A DNA stretch of 46,486 bases from a virus: the IMG/VR virus record IMGVR_UViG_3300017565_000009, positions 1 through 46,486 of that record; one strand, given 5' to 3'. Made by a program: the position numbers and the translations under genes. Under the pieces are notes generated by a model. It ran no database searches and was not told the origin of the DNA. It was given only the letters and a program-made list of their open reading frames with translations. Of the stretch, positions 15,530-25,008 are shown in pieces. How positions within the stretch are numbered: the first letter of the stretch is position 1; each line of letters starts with the position of its first letter.

Positions 15530-15739
15530 ATGGCTGAGTACTTCCCGCCCCTCGCCGGCCGCACCGGCGCCCAACATGACGAATGGGAGCGCATGCAAAA
15601 AGCGACCCGCCGCGCGGAAGGGCCGCAGGACGTCATGAACGTGGCGTTACCGGCTCTCATTGAAAAGGGGCTTGACGCCAAGGCCGCCGCGCAATGGGTG
15701 GCGGAGTTTACTGACGAACTGATGAGGGTTGAGGCATGA
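15530..15739 (+). CDS. Hypothetical protein (69 aa, or 72 aa from GTG 15521)
   Basis: GAGG RBS. ATGA coupling to the next gene. Confidence 0.55.
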   Translation: MAEYFPPLAGRTGAQHDEWERMQKATRRAEGPQDVMNVALPALIEKGLDAKAAAQWVAEFTDELMRVEA

Positions 15740-16107
15740 CGCCCGAGGATTATGAGCGAGAGCTGGCGCGCAAAGACAATGAGTTAGAGGCAATCAAAGC
15801 CCTGCTCATGACGCAGGCCGTCCCTGACGAGGTAAAGCGCTTGCAAAATGATCTGGCGGCGGCGTTGGGGGACATAGCGAGCCTGAGAGCGTCCGCGCGG
15901 GACGTGGATGGCGGGCTTGATCAGGCGACCGGGCAACACGAGGCGGAAATAGCGGCGCTGGAGGACGAGCACGCCAAAGACTGGGAGCCGATAGAGGGGG
16001 CAGTTGAGGACCTTTGCGTGTCGTTCGGCCTGCCGCGCCGCCCGTCTCCTGTGGACCTGTGCCGCTGGCCGGCGCTCAAAAGACTGGTGGACCTTGTCCA
16101 GCTTTAA
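15736..16107 (+). CDS. Hypothetical coiled-coil protein (123 aa)
   Basis: ORF in series with ATGA coupling. Confidence 0.55.
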   Translation: MTPEDYERELARKDNELEAIKALLMTQAVPDEVKRLQNDLAAALGDIASLRASARDVDGGLDQATGQHEAEIAALEDEHAKDWEPIEGAVEDLCVSFGLPRRPSPVDLCRWPALKRLVDLVQL

Positions 16108-17692
16108 TCCCGACTACGCCGCAATTTATCAGGAGCGCATGCAGCGGCTGGAGTATATCCGGGCCAACCCGGAGCAACTCCCACTGCTGAAACGCTATTA
16201 TCGCGAAAACATCGCGCAATTTATTGACGACTGGGGGATGACATACGACCCCCGTAACGCCGACATCGGGTTGCCGCCGGTCGTGCCCTTCGTTCTGTTT
16301 CCAAAGCAACGGGAATGGATCGAAAAGGTTATCTGGTGCTGGAAAAATCGGGTGCCTTTGACCACGGAGAAGAGCCGCGACGCCGGCGTGTCCTGGCTGG
16401 CGGTCTCGACGGCCAGCAGTCTGTGCCTGTTCCACAATGACCTGGCCATCGGCTTCGGGTCGCGCAAGGCCGAATACGTCGACCGGCTGGGATTCCCAAA
16501 ATCTCTGTTCTTCAAGGGCCGCATGTTCCTGCGGATGCTTCCGCCGGAGTTTCTGGACGGCTGGGACGAAAAGCGCCATTCGCCCCTCATGCGCATCAGT
16601 TTCCCGGGGACCGGATCAGTCATCAGCGGCGAGGCAGGCGACGGCATAGGCCGTGGCGATCGGTCGTCTCTCTATTTCGTTGACGAATCGGCTTGGCTGG
16701 AACGTCCGGAACTGGCCGACGCCGGTCTGTCCGCGACGACCAATTGCCGTATCGACATTTCGTCAGTCAACGGCATGGACAATCCATTTGCCGTCAAGCG
16801 CTGGTCCGGTAAATATGAGGTCTTCACATTTCACTGGCGCGACGACCCGCGCAAGGATGACGCCTGGTATGCGCGCCAGTGTGAGCTGCTGGCCGCCAAC
16901 ATCGTCGCGCAGGAAATCGACATCGACTATCACGCATCGACGGAAGGCAAGCTGATTGAGGCGGCGTGGGTTGAGGCCGCCATTGGCGCCGCCGCCAAAC
17001 TGGGCATTCCGCTCCGGGGCCGCAGGCGCGCCGCGCTCGACATCGCTGATGAAGGCAAAGACCTTAACTCCTGGGCGATGGCCGAGGGCATCCAGCTTGA
17101 GCACCTTCAGAGCTGGAGCGGCAAGGGCGGCGACATTTACAAGACGGCGGTCCGGGCGTTCGACCTGTGCGACGAGCACGGAATCGAAGACCAGAGCTAT
17201 GACGCCGACGGTTTGGGGGCCGGCTTCCGTGGCGATGCGCGCGTCATCAACGACAGGCGGGGCCGGGGCCGCGAGATTAACGCAACGGCCTTCAGGGGAT
17301 CCGGAGCCGTGCAGGACCCGGAGAAACCGATCCCCACCGCCGCTCCTGCCGGAAAGACATTCCGCCGGAGCGAATCGCGGACCAACGAGGATTATTTCGC
17401 CAACGCCAAGGCGCAAGCGTGGTGGAATCTCCGCGTCAAATTCCAGCGCACCGCGCGCGCCGTCGAGGCAGGGAGCATTGAAGGGTATGACCCGGACGAC
17501 CTGATCAGCATCAACCCGGATTTGCCCGAATTGAACAAGCTTCGCATGGAGTTGGGGCAGGTCACTTATGAGCTGACGGACGTCGGACGCGTCAAGGTCG
17601 TCAAGACGCCAGATGGCATGTCGAGCCCCAACCGCGCCGACGCCGTCATGATCCTCAACGCCCCACGCAAAACTCACTGGAGTCGGGCTTGA
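16094..17692 (+). CDS. terL: Terminase large subunit. The start is uncertain: TTG 16094 or ATG 16139.
   Basis: ATPase motifs are KSRDAGVSW (Walker A-like) and LYFVDESAW (Walker B). A C-terminal nuclease-size domain is present. Position is next to terS. Confidence 0.85.
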   Translation: MSSFNPDYAAIYQERMQRLEYIRANPEQLPLLKRYYRENIAQFIDDWGMTYDPRNADIGLPPVVPFVLFPKQREWIEKVIWCWKNRVPLTTEKSRDAGVSWLAVSTASSLCLFHNDLAIGFGSRKAEYVDRLGFPKSLFFKGRMFLRMLPPEFLDGWDEKRHSPLMRISFPGTGSVISGEAGDGIGRGDRSSLYFVDESAWLERPELADAGLSATTNCRIDISSVNGMDNPFAVKRWSGKYEVFTFHWRDDPRKDDAWYARQCELLAANIVAQEIDIDYHASTEGKLIEAAWVEAAIGAAAKLGIPLRGRRRAALDIADEGKDLNSWAMAEGIQLEHLQSWSGKGGDIYKTAVRAFDLCDEHGIEDQSYDADGLGAGFRGDARVINDRRGRGREINATAFRGSGAVQDPEKPIPTAAPAGKTFRRSESRTNEDYFANAKAQAWWNLRVKFQRTARAVEAGSIEGYDPDDLISINPDLPELNKLRMELGQVTYELTDVGRVKVVKTPDGMSSPNRADAVMILNAPRKTHWSRA

Positions 17693-17716
17693 CCGTCCCG
17701 TCAATTGCGGTATGGT
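17689..17716 (+). promoter_or_regulatory. Palindrome S4 (TTGACCGTCCCGTCAA, 17689-17704) with a -10-like TATGGT. Putative promoter firing into the terL-portal gap.
   Basis: TTGACC, a 16-nt spacer, then TATGGT. It overlaps the terL stop codon. Confidence 0.45.
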
Positions 17717-18073
17717 CACGGTAGCGAAGTCAATGTGTATCGGCAGGCAGACGACGGAGGCCCGGCCATGTAGCCCAAACCCCGGCAAGCCATCAGCGAT
17801 GACGAGAACCGAAGTTGGGAACGGTTAGAATTGAGCGGACATGGGGAGCCGCAATTACCCAACACTCCCCTTTGAAATTCAGAACGCGTTATGGGCCGGG
17901 CGTATCCCCCGGGGGCTCGTCGTGGGGTCCAACCGTAACGCGCCCGGCTTCAGGCGTCTGAACCGTCCGGGCCGGGACCAATTGTAAAGTGCTGGAGAGG
18001 ACGACTCAAAGTCAGGTTAGGTTTTTCCGGGCTTTTCCCAATCTTTGAACGGACCGCCAGTGCTTTACGATGC

Positions 18074-18113
18074 GCCCCCTCCGGACCACTCTTCTGGAGG
18101 GGGCTTTTATTTT
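18074..18113 (+). terminator. Strong rho-independent terminator
   Basis: GCCCCCTCC pairs with GGAGGGGGC and the stem extends to 12 bp. The loop is 7 nt. TTTTATTTT follows. Confidence 0.8.
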
Positions 18114-18125
18114 GGGAGGAACGGA

Positions 18126-18320
18126 ATGCCATCAAAGCCGCCAAGTCAAAAGAGTCCGTCAACTCTGGAACGGGCTTCCATCATCTTGCTGGATCGCTTG
18201 TGGGCCGCCGCTGCGCGGCTTTACGCCCCGGACCCCGCCACGCTCGACACCCGGTTTGCCGATTTCAGCCGGCGACTGGACGCGGCGCTGGCGCGCAGGC
18301 ATACTGCTCCGCGCTGCTAG
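18126..18320 (+). CDS. Hypothetical 64-aa protein bracketed by two terminators
   Basis: GGGAGGA RBS 5 nt before ATG 18126. Confidence 0.55.
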   Translation: MPSKPPSQKSPSTLERASIILLDRLWAAAARLYAPDPATLDTRFADFSRRLDAALARRHTAPRC

Positions 18321-18348
18321 GTATGATGGTTGTGTTTGTGTCACCCCC

Positions 18349-18384
18349 AGCCCGCCCCACGCCACGGGGCGGGCTTTACTTTTT
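18349..18384 (+). terminator. Rho-independent terminator immediately upstream of the portal gene
   Basis: 10-bp stem AGCCCGCCCC with GGGGCGGGCT, a 7-nt loop, then TTACTTTTT. Confidence 0.8.
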
Positions 18385-18410
18385 GACGGGGCTGTCGGCA
18401 TATTCCCTGC

Positions 18411-19934
18411 ATGTGGCCATTTCGCAAATCCCCAGCACCGACGCCCGCCCCCGAGCCCAAGCCGGCGCGCTGGGAACAGGCGTTTTCTACCGACCTTCTG
18501 CAGGACGGGGAGGCGCGCGCGCGGGCCCTGCGGCTCAAGCAGGCCATTCTCGACGCCCAGCCGCCGACGTCGCGCACCAGCGCCATGGATGCGTGCGTGT
18601 TCCCCGAGGGCGAGAACGGCGCCGACGACGGGTCAATTCCGGACGCCGTTCTGGGGTGGTTTACGTCCGGGCAGTTTCTCGGCTACCAAAATCTCGCGGT
18701 AATCGCCCAGAACTGGCTGATCGACAAGGCGTGCGCCATGCCGGCGCGCGACGCGGTTCGCCACGGGTTCGATCTGACGCTGTCCGACGCCGGCGGTCAG
18801 GAAGAGTCCGGGGATCTGGAGAAGCGGATCAACGAGTTGAACCGCGAACAGTTCGCCTTGAGCAAACATCTCGTTGAGTTTGTGCGGTTCGGTCGGGTGT
18901 TCGGCATTCGCCACGTGCTGTTCGACGTGCGGCCGAAGGGTGTCAACATCAACACGTGGCGCGAAAACCCCTTCAATTTCGACGCCGTATCGCCGGGGTC
19001 CTACAGGGGCCTCGTGCAGATTGATCCCTACTGGATGGCGCCGGAAATGTCGGCCGTGGGAACGTCCGATCCGACGGACCCCGACTTCTATGAGCCAGAA
19101 TGGTGGAATGTCATGGGGCGGCGCATCCACCGTTCCCACTTCGCCATCTTCGTCCCTAACCCGATCGCGGACATCCTGAAGCCGCTCTATCTCTATGGCG
19201 GCGTCAGCGTCCCCCAGCGCATCCTGGAGCGCGTCTACGCGGCGGAGCGCACGGCCAATGAGGCGCCGCAGCTCGCCATGAGCAAGCGCCTTGACGTGCT
19301 CAAGACTGATCTGGCTGGCGTCATGGCCAATCACGAGAATTTCCAGCAGAACATGCAGTTCCGGTCCCGGAACATGAACAATTACGGCATCCAGGTGGTC
19401 GACTCGGACGATACGCTGGAACGTCACGACACGGCGCTGACGGACCTGGACGTCACCGTGATGACGCAGTATCAGCTCGTCGCGGCGGCGGCCAACGTGC
19501 CGGCTACCAAACTTCTGGGAACGACCCCCAAGGGCTTTAACGCCACCGGTGAGTATGAGGAATCCAGCTATCACGAAGAGTTGGAGACCATCCAGAATAA
19601 CGATCTGACGCCGTTGGTAGAGCGGCACATTCAGTTGCTCATGAAATCCGAGGGGCTGGACGACAGCGATGAAATCAAAATCGTCGTCAACTGGCTCCCG
19701 GTCGACAGCCCGACCGCCAAGGAAGTGGCAGAAATCCAGGAGCTGGAGAGCCGTCGTGACGTCAACCTGGTCAACGCTGGCGCCATTGACGGGCTGGACG
19801 TGCGCAACCGGCTTATTGCGGACCGGCGTAGCGGCTACGCGGATCTGAGCGAAGAGACGGAAGCGGACGAGGGAGAGATTGACGACCGGCCGCCCGGCGA
19901 CATCCCGGAGGAAACCGTTGGCAAAAGCTCCTGA
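18411..19934 (+). CDS. Portal protein
   Basis: 507 aa. Located between terL and the MuF-like head morphogenesis gene. Acidic C-terminus. Confidence 0.75.
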   Translation: MWPFRKSPAPTPAPEPKPARWEQAFSTDLLQDGEARARALRLKQAILDAQPPTSRTSAMDACVFPEGENGADDGSIPDAVLGWFTSGQFLGYQNLAVIAQNWLIDKACAMPARDAVRHGFDLTLSDAGGQEESGDLEKRINELNREQFALSKHLVEFVRFGRVFGIRHVLFDVRPKGVNINTWRENPFNFDAVSPGSYRGLVQIDPYWMAPEMSAVGTSDPTDPDFYEPEWWNVMGRRIHRSHFAIFVPNPIADILKPLYLYGGVSVPQRILERVYAAERTANEAPQLAMSKRLDVLKTDLAGVMANHENFQQNMQFRSRNMNNYGIQVVDSDDTLERHDTALTDLDVTVMTQYQLVAAAANVPATKLLGTTPKGFNATGEYEESSYHEELETIQNNDLTPLVERHIQLLMKSEGLDDSDEIKIVVNWLPVDSPTAKEVAEIQELESRRDVNLVNAGAIDGLDVRNRLIADRRSGYADLSEETEADEGEIDDRPPGDIPEETVGKSS

Positions 19935-20784
19935 CCGCCTCCTGACCCGCAAGCGCCAGAAGTGGGCGGAAGAGCGTGGCGGCGCACAGTTCCGGGGCAC
20001 GCCCCTGACCGCGCCGGCCGCGCCCGAGGTGCGGCTACGGCAGTCCCTGGAGAAGATGATAACGGAGATGTCCCGGACGTGCATCCGGGAGGTCAAGACG
20101 CTCTACCGCCAGCCGGAAGCGGCCACCGTGGCCATGGACGCCAGCTTTGCGGAGATGGCCGGCCGCCTGATGAGCAAACTGCGCCAGAAGTTCGAGAAGC
20201 TGTTCGGGTCCCGTGCGCTCAGTCTTTCCCGCACCATGCAGGAGGGCGTCAACCGCGCCAGCGCCGGCCAGCTCCGGCAAAGCCTCAAAGAGGTCAGCGG
20301 CGGGCTGTCTCTCAAGACGGACGTCATCAAAGGCCCGATCGAAGAGAGTATGAAAGCCGGCATCAAGGATGGGGTGTCGCTCATCAAGTCTTTGCCGTCT
20401 AAATATTTTGACGACATTGAAGGCGCCGTGTTCCGGTCAATCCAGTCCGGGCGCGGCATGGCCGACCTTGTCCCCACGCTGGAACGGATGGGCGGGATCT
20501 CCAAACGCCGCGCCGCGCTCATCGCGCGCGACCAGACCAGCAAGGCAACGACGGCCCTCAACAAGGCCCGCATGAAATCCATGGGCGTCAAGCAATTTGA
20601 ATGGCTGCATTCGGGGGGAGGCAAAGAGCCCCGAAAATTGCACCTGGCATTTAATGGCCGTATATTCAGCCTGGACGACCCGCCGGTCATTGACGAACGG
20701 ACGGGGGAGCGAGGTTACCCCGGGCAGTTAATCAACTGCCGGTGCCGGATGGTCCCGGTGCTGACGTTTGGAGACGACGAATAA
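19918..20784 (+). CDS. Head morphogenesis protein (Mu F / SPP1 gp7 family). The start is TTG 19918 after GGAGGA, or ATG 19879.
   Basis: C-terminal motif HLAFNGRIFSLDDP...PGQLINCRCRMVPV. Confidence 0.8.
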   Translation: MAKAPDRLLTRKRQKWAEERGGAQFRGTPLTAPAAPEVRLRQSLEKMITEMSRTCIREVKTLYRQPEAATVAMDASFAEMAGRLMSKLRQKFEKLFGSRALSLSRTMQEGVNRASAGQLRQSLKEVSGGLSLKTDVIKGPIEESMKAGIKDGVSLIKSLPSKYFDDIEGAVFRSIQSGRGMADLVPTLERMGGISKRRAALIARDQTSKATTALNKARMKSMGVKQFEWLHSGGGKEPRKLHLAFNGRIFSLDDPPVIDERTGERGYPGQLINCRCRMVPVLTFGDDE

Positions 20785-21953
20785 TGGTGACGGCGCGGCG
20801 GTATGACCATAACGGATGGTTTGAGGTGCGCGAGAACCCCATCAGCAAGGTGGGGGTTTTCCCATATCTGGGCCGGTCCCTCGGCGCCGGGTATGAGCCT
20901 GATCGCGTTTATAACGTCCTGCGCCCGGCCGAAGAACTGAGCGACCCGGAGACCATTGACAGCTTCAAGATGATTCCCCTCGTGGACGACCACGAGATGC
21001 TGGGGGAGCACGGCACGTCTGACGCCGAGAATTACGGCGTCCACGGCACGCTGGGCGAAAGCGTCGTCTTCCGGGACGGGACGCTGTACAGCAATATCAA
21101 AGTATTCTCGCGCGAGATGGCCGACAAGATTGACCGTAAAGAAAAGGTCGAGTTGTCCTGCGGCTATTTTTGCGAGTATGAAAAGGCGAACGGCGTCTTT
21201 AACGGCGAGCCTTATGAGGTGATCCAGCGGAAAATCCGTGGTAATCACATTGCACTTGTGGGAGAGGGCCGGATGGGCAGTGAGGTCCGCGTGCTCGACC
21301 ATATGGACCACGCGCAGTTTGCGCTTGATTCAGCGGAGTTTGTTAAGATGAGCAAAAAGCGGAAGCTGCGCGCTGGTCTGGACGCCAACGACGTCCTGGC
21401 TCAACTGGCCGCCGTCATCAACGGCGCCATGGTGATGGACGAGTCGGAAGACGAGACCGAAACCAACAGCGACGAGGATGACGAGGCCACCGACGCCGAG
21501 CTGGAGATCGAAGCCACCGGCGACGAGGGCGAAGATCCGGAAGCCGGCGAGGATGAAGGTGAAGACCCAGAGGCCGCCGGCGACGAGGGCGAAGATCCGG
21601 AAGCCGGCGAGGATGAGGACGAGCCCGCCAAGGGCGAAGACCGCGCCGTGAGCCTCGACATGTCGGACGTGTTCCGCGAGATGGGCGCCCGCGATCGTCT
21701 GGCCAAACAGCTCTTCCCAGCCATCGGCGCCTTTGACGCCAGCGAGATGCGCCTTGGCGACGTCGCCCGTTACGGCGCGCGCAAACTGGGCCTCAAGAAC
21801 GTGCCGAAGGGTCAGGAGCGCGCCGCCGTCGAGGCGTATTTGCTCGGCCGCAAGTCGGCGCGACCGGCCACCGTGGCCACGGACGCCGCCCCGGCCCGCT
21901 CCCCGAACAACCCCGTTGGCGCCTGGATCGCCAGCGCTGGCAAGAAAGGCTGA
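20784..21953 (+). CDS. Scaffold or prohead-protease-like protein with an acidic repeat region
   Basis: The N-terminal NGWFEVRENPISKVGVFPYLG pattern matches phage scaffold/protease (DUF2213-like) proteins. The central region is Asp/Glu-rich. It lies upstream of the capsid gene. Confidence 0.7.
   Translation: MVTARRYDHNGWFEVRENPISKVGVFPYLGRSLGAGYEPDRVYNVLRPAEELSDPETIDSFKMIPLVDDHEMLGEHGTSDAENYGVHGTLGESVVFRDGTLYSNIKVFSREMADKIDRKEKVELSCGYFCEYEKANGVFNGEPYEVIQRKIRGNHIALVGEGRMGSEVRVLDHMDHAQFALDSAEFVKMSKKRKLRAGLDANDVLAQLAAVINGAMVMDESEDETETNSDEDDEATDAELEIEATGDEGEDPEAGEDEGEDPEAAGDEGEDPEAGEDEDEPAKGEDRAVSLDMSDVFREMGARDRLAKQLFPAIGAFDASEMRLGDVARYGARKLGLKNVPKGQERAAVEAYLLGRKSARPATVATDAAPARSPNNPVGAWIASAGKKG
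21517..21616 (+). repeat. 40-nt perfect direct repeat with a 60-bp period (21517-21556 and 21577-21616). It encodes GDEGEDPEAGEDE.
   Basis: Exact match read from the sequence. Confidence 0.9.
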
Positions 21954-21958
21954 TCAAC

Positions 21959-22519
21959 ATGGCTTTCCAGGCTTCCGTCAACAACATCGGCCTTGCCTTC
22001 GGCATCCCGGGTGAGTTTTTTGACGACTCGCCACGCCGCGCGCAGCCGGGCTGGCTCGACTCCGCCAGCGCCGCCAACAACGTGTTCGGCCGCGCTTTCA
22101 CCGTGAAGGACGACGCCACCGGCAACTTCGTCACGTCGAAGGACCCGCAGCCGCTGGTCGTTCAGGCGGGCGGCACGGGTGTTTTCGCCGGCATCATGGT
22201 GCATCCGAAGGAGCATGTCGCCAACGGCACGGCGGCGGACGGTCCGCTGGCTGCAACTCTCACCATCCCCAACAACCGCATCGCGGCTTTCGCCACCATG
22301 GGACGCGTCATCGTCCCGGTCGCGGCGGCGGTCGCGGTGGGCGACGTGGCGGAGTTCGTCAACACCACGGGCGTTATCAGCTTCCGTGCTCCGGGCGGCA
22401 CGGTCCCGGCCGGGTCCACCCGTATCGTCGGCTCGCAGGTCTACCATTACGAGGCGGGTCCGACCGGCCTCGCGGTGGTCGAGCTGGGCGGCATCCTCAC
22501 CCTGCAGGCCGGCGCCTGA
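21959..22519 (+). CDS. Putative head decoration or cement protein (186 aa)
   Basis: Its position between the scaffold and major capsid genes. Gly/Ala/Val-rich, beta-strand-like sequence. Confidence 0.55.
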   Translation: MAFQASVNNIGLAFGIPGEFFDDSPRRAQPGWLDSASAANNVFGRAFTVKDDATGNFVTSKDPQPLVVQAGGTGVFAGIMVHPKEHVANGTAADGPLAATLTIPNNRIAAFATMGRVIVPVAAAVAVGDVAEFVNTTGVISFRAPGGTVPAGSTRIVGSQVYHYEAGPTGLAVVELGGILTLQAGA

Positions 22520-22543
22520 TCGAAAAGGTTGGAGAGTTAAGTC

Positions 22544-23635
22544 ATGAAGGAATCCGTTATTCACTCCAGCCTGCCGCCGGGTTTTGCGAGCCTCGCCGCC
22601 AGCGGCATGGACGCGCGCGCGGTCAAGGCGCTCTGCATGGACACGTCGGCGCTTGCCGACATTGGCCTGCATTTGCCAAAGAACGTTCTCGGCGCCATGG
22701 ATGCGGCGCTGTCCCCCAACGTCACCACCCCCAGTATCCCGGGACTGCTCCAGTTCCTGCAGGCATGGCTTCCCGGCTTTGTCGAGACGATGACCCGGGC
22801 GCGCAAGATCGACGATCTGGTGGGCGTGACCACGGCCGGCGCGTGGGAGGATGAGGAAGTTGTGCAAGGCATGCTGGAGCCGGTTGGCCTGGCGGTCCCG
22901 TACAGCGACGTCACCCCCGTGTCGTTGGCGAGCTGGAACCTCGTCTGGGAGCGCCGGACCATCGTGCGTTTCGAGAAGGGCATGGAAGTTGGCAAGCTGG
23001 AAGAGCGCCGCGCCGGGCGCGCCATGGTCAACAGCGCCGCGCGCAAGCGCGCCGCCGCCGGCCTCGCCCTGGACATCCAGCGTAACCGCATCGGCTTCTA
23101 TGGCTACATGGACGGCGCGGGCCGCACTTTCGGCTTCCTGAACGATCCGAGCCTGCCGGCTTACGTCACGGTCCCGGGCGGCACCTGGGCAACCAAGACC
23201 TTCCTGCAGATCACGGCCGATATTCGTTCGGCCCTGCAGGCGTTGCGCGTCCAGTCGGGTGACAATATTGACCCGAAAACCACGTCCATCACCATGGCGA
23301 TCGCCACGAGCGCATTCGAGTATCTGACCGTCACGTCGGATTTCGGCAACAGCGTCATGGACTGGCTGACCAGCACCTATCCCAACGTCCGCGTTGAGAC
23401 GGCGCCGGAACTGGATGGGGCCAATGGCGGCGCCAACGTCTTCTACCTCTACGCCGACCGCGTGGAGGACGGCGGGGATGACGGCGGCCAGACGTTTGTC
23501 CAGATCGTCCCCTCGCGTTTTATGGCGCTGGGCGTCGAGAACAAAACCAAGACCTACGTCGAAGACTATTCCAACGCAACGGCGGGTGTTATGGTCAAGC
23601 GCCCCTTTGCAGTGGTGCGCCGCTCCGGCATCTGA
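22544..23635 (+). CDS. Major capsid protein
   Basis: 363 aa. GGAGAG RBS. Followed by a strong terminator. Synteny of scaffold, decoration, capsid. Confidence 0.8.
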   Translation: MKESVIHSSLPPGFASLAASGMDARAVKALCMDTSALADIGLHLPKNVLGAMDAALSPNVTTPSIPGLLQFLQAWLPGFVETMTRARKIDDLVGVTTAGAWEDEEVVQGMLEPVGLAVPYSDVTPVSLASWNLVWERRTIVRFEKGMEVGKLEERRAGRAMVNSAARKRAAAGLALDIQRNRIGFYGYMDGAGRTFGFLNDPSLPAYVTVPGGTWATKTFLQITADIRSALQALRVQSGDNIDPKTTSITMAIATSAFEYLTVTSDFGNSVMDWLTSTYPNVRVETAPELDGANGGANVFYLYADRVEDGGDDGGQTFVQIVPSRFMALGVENKTKTYVEDYSNATAGVMVKRPFAVVRRSGI

Positions 23636-23669
23636 CGGACAGGTCACCAGCGAGACGATTGAACTACAA

Positions 23670-23698
23670 GGGGGCCCTTCGGGGGCCCCTCTTTATTT
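23670..23698 (+). terminator. Rho-independent terminator after the major capsid gene
   Basis: GGGGGCCC pairs with GGGCCCCT (8 bp), followed by CTTTATTT. Confidence 0.75.
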
Positions 23699-23710
23699 GG
23701 AGAACCGCAA

Positions 23711-24103
23711 GTGAGCAAAGACCTCTACGTTTACAGCACCCTGACCACGGACATGGACTATACGGCCTACCGCAAGGGCGGCGGCGACGTTCCGGTGGCC
23801 GAGGTGTCGGTGCGCATCAACGGCGGCGCCAACCTCGCCAACAAGCACCTCGTCACCCCGCGTGGCGTCGTGACCCGCGTCACTCCGGAACAGGCGGAGA
23901 TCCTGCGCGAGAACCTGGTGTTCCAGCTTCACGAAAAGAACGGCTACGTCAGCATCAGCGAGAAGCAGGAGGACCCCGAGAAGGTCGTGGCCGAGGGCAT
24001 GGAAGCCCGCGCGCCGGACGCCCCACTGGAGCCGGGCGACTATGAGGCGGCGCCCGAGGCCGTGGCCAAGCCGGCCGCCACGAAGCCCAGCCGAAAGGCT
24101 TGA
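23711..24103 (+). CDS. Hypothetical virion-module protein (130 aa), GTG start
   Basis: GGAGA RBS 7 nt before GTG. Confidence 0.6.
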   Translation: MSKDLYVYSTLTTDMDYTAYRKGGGDVPVAEVSVRINGGANLANKHLVTPRGVVTRVTPEQAEILRENLVFQLHEKNGYVSISEKQEDPEKVVAEGMEARAPDAPLEPGDYEAAPEAVAKPAATKPSRKA

Positions 24104-24106
24104 CCC

Positions 24107-24556
24107 ATGAAAATAATCTTTGATCTGGTCGCGTGGCGGAAGCAGTTCCCGGCGTTTGATAACCTCTCGGATGATCAGATCAAGGGTTACTGGGATGTCG
24201 CCACGACGATTATTTCGCCGTGGGAAAGTTGCCTGCTCAATGACGGCCGGCTGACGATCGCCCTCAATTACCTGACGGCCCACATCGCCTATCTGGCCAC
24301 GCAACCGCCGGCCGGCGGCGCGGGCCCGGGCGGGGTTCCTCCGGCGGGGGGCGTCGTCACCGGCGTCGTGGTCGACAAAATCCAAATCCAGATGGCCGCG
24401 CCGCCCACACGCGACGGCTGGTCGTACTGGTTGGCCACGTCCCCCTATGGGATGGCCCTTTGGGCTTTCCTGTCCGCATGGTCCGCCGGCGGCTTCTACA
24501 TCGGCGGCCGGCCGGAACGCGCGGCGTTCCGCAAAGTCGGGGGGCGTTTCCCGTGA
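24107..24556 (+). CDS. Head-tail adaptor/connector-like protein
   Basis: The N-terminal FDLVAWRKQFPAFDNLSD pattern is typical of DUF4054-type connector proteins. Position supports the call. Confidence 0.55.
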   Translation: MKIIFDLVAWRKQFPAFDNLSDDQIKGYWDVATTIISPWESCLLNDGRLTIALNYLTAHIAYLATQPPAGGAGPGGVPPAGGVVTGVVVDKIQIQMAAPPTRDGWSYWLATSPYGMALWAFLSAWSAGGFYIGGRPERAAFRKVGGRFP

Positions 24557-25008
24557 GCGTCGTGCGAGAGGGCGACAATCTGCTCAAGCTCAAGGTGGCG
24601 CTCAAAGAGCTGGACGACCAAAAGGCGTCTGTGGGCTGGTACGAATCGGCGCACTACCCCGGCGGAACGCCCGTCGCTTACGTCGCCAGCATCCACGAGT
24701 TCGGCGCCCCCGGCGCGGGCATCCCACCCCGTCCCTTCATGCGGCCGGCGATGGCGCAGTATGGGCCTGCGTGGATGGTTGCGTTGGGGGATGGCGTCAA
24801 GTCTGTGTTGCGGGGCGGCATGTCGGCAACGCAATTACTGGAGGCGGTGACGGCGCGCGCGGCGGGCGATGTAGCCAAGAGCATCCAGGCCGTGACGGCG
24901 CCGGCGCTCAAACCCGCCACGATCCGGCGCAAAGGCTTTGCGAAACCGCTGGTCGACACGGGCCAGATGGTCCAGAGCGTGACAAACAGGGTGGGACCCG
25001 ATGCTTAA
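24553..25008 (+). CDS. HK97 gp10-like head-tail joining or tail-completion protein
   Basis: IPPRPFMRPA motif. GTGA coupling to the upstream gene. Confidence 0.6.
   Translation: MSVVREGDNLLKLKVALKELDDQKASVGWYESAHYPGGTPVAYVASIHEFGAPGAGIPPRPFMRPAMAQYGPAWMVALGDGVKSVLRGGMSATQLLEAVTARAAGDVAKSIQAVTAPALKPATIRRKGFAKPLVDTGQMVQSVTNRVGPDA

Noticed and set aside
17950-18162. A 70-aa ORF on the - strand in the terL-portal gap
   Set aside because: It runs through the strong + strand terminator hairpin and the RBS and start of the 64-aa ORF. It has no RBS of its own.
21812-23647. A 611-aa ORF on the - strand across the decoration and capsid genes
   Set aside because: It is an antisense shadow ORF typical of high-GC DNA. 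Its translation is Arg/Gly/Ala/His/Asp-rich. It has no RBS and overlaps well-supported + strand structural genes. The same reasoning applies to 18633-20096, 16763-17788, 25219-26304, 28504-30306, 30099-31388, 4691-5626, 2902-3762 and 45406-46374.
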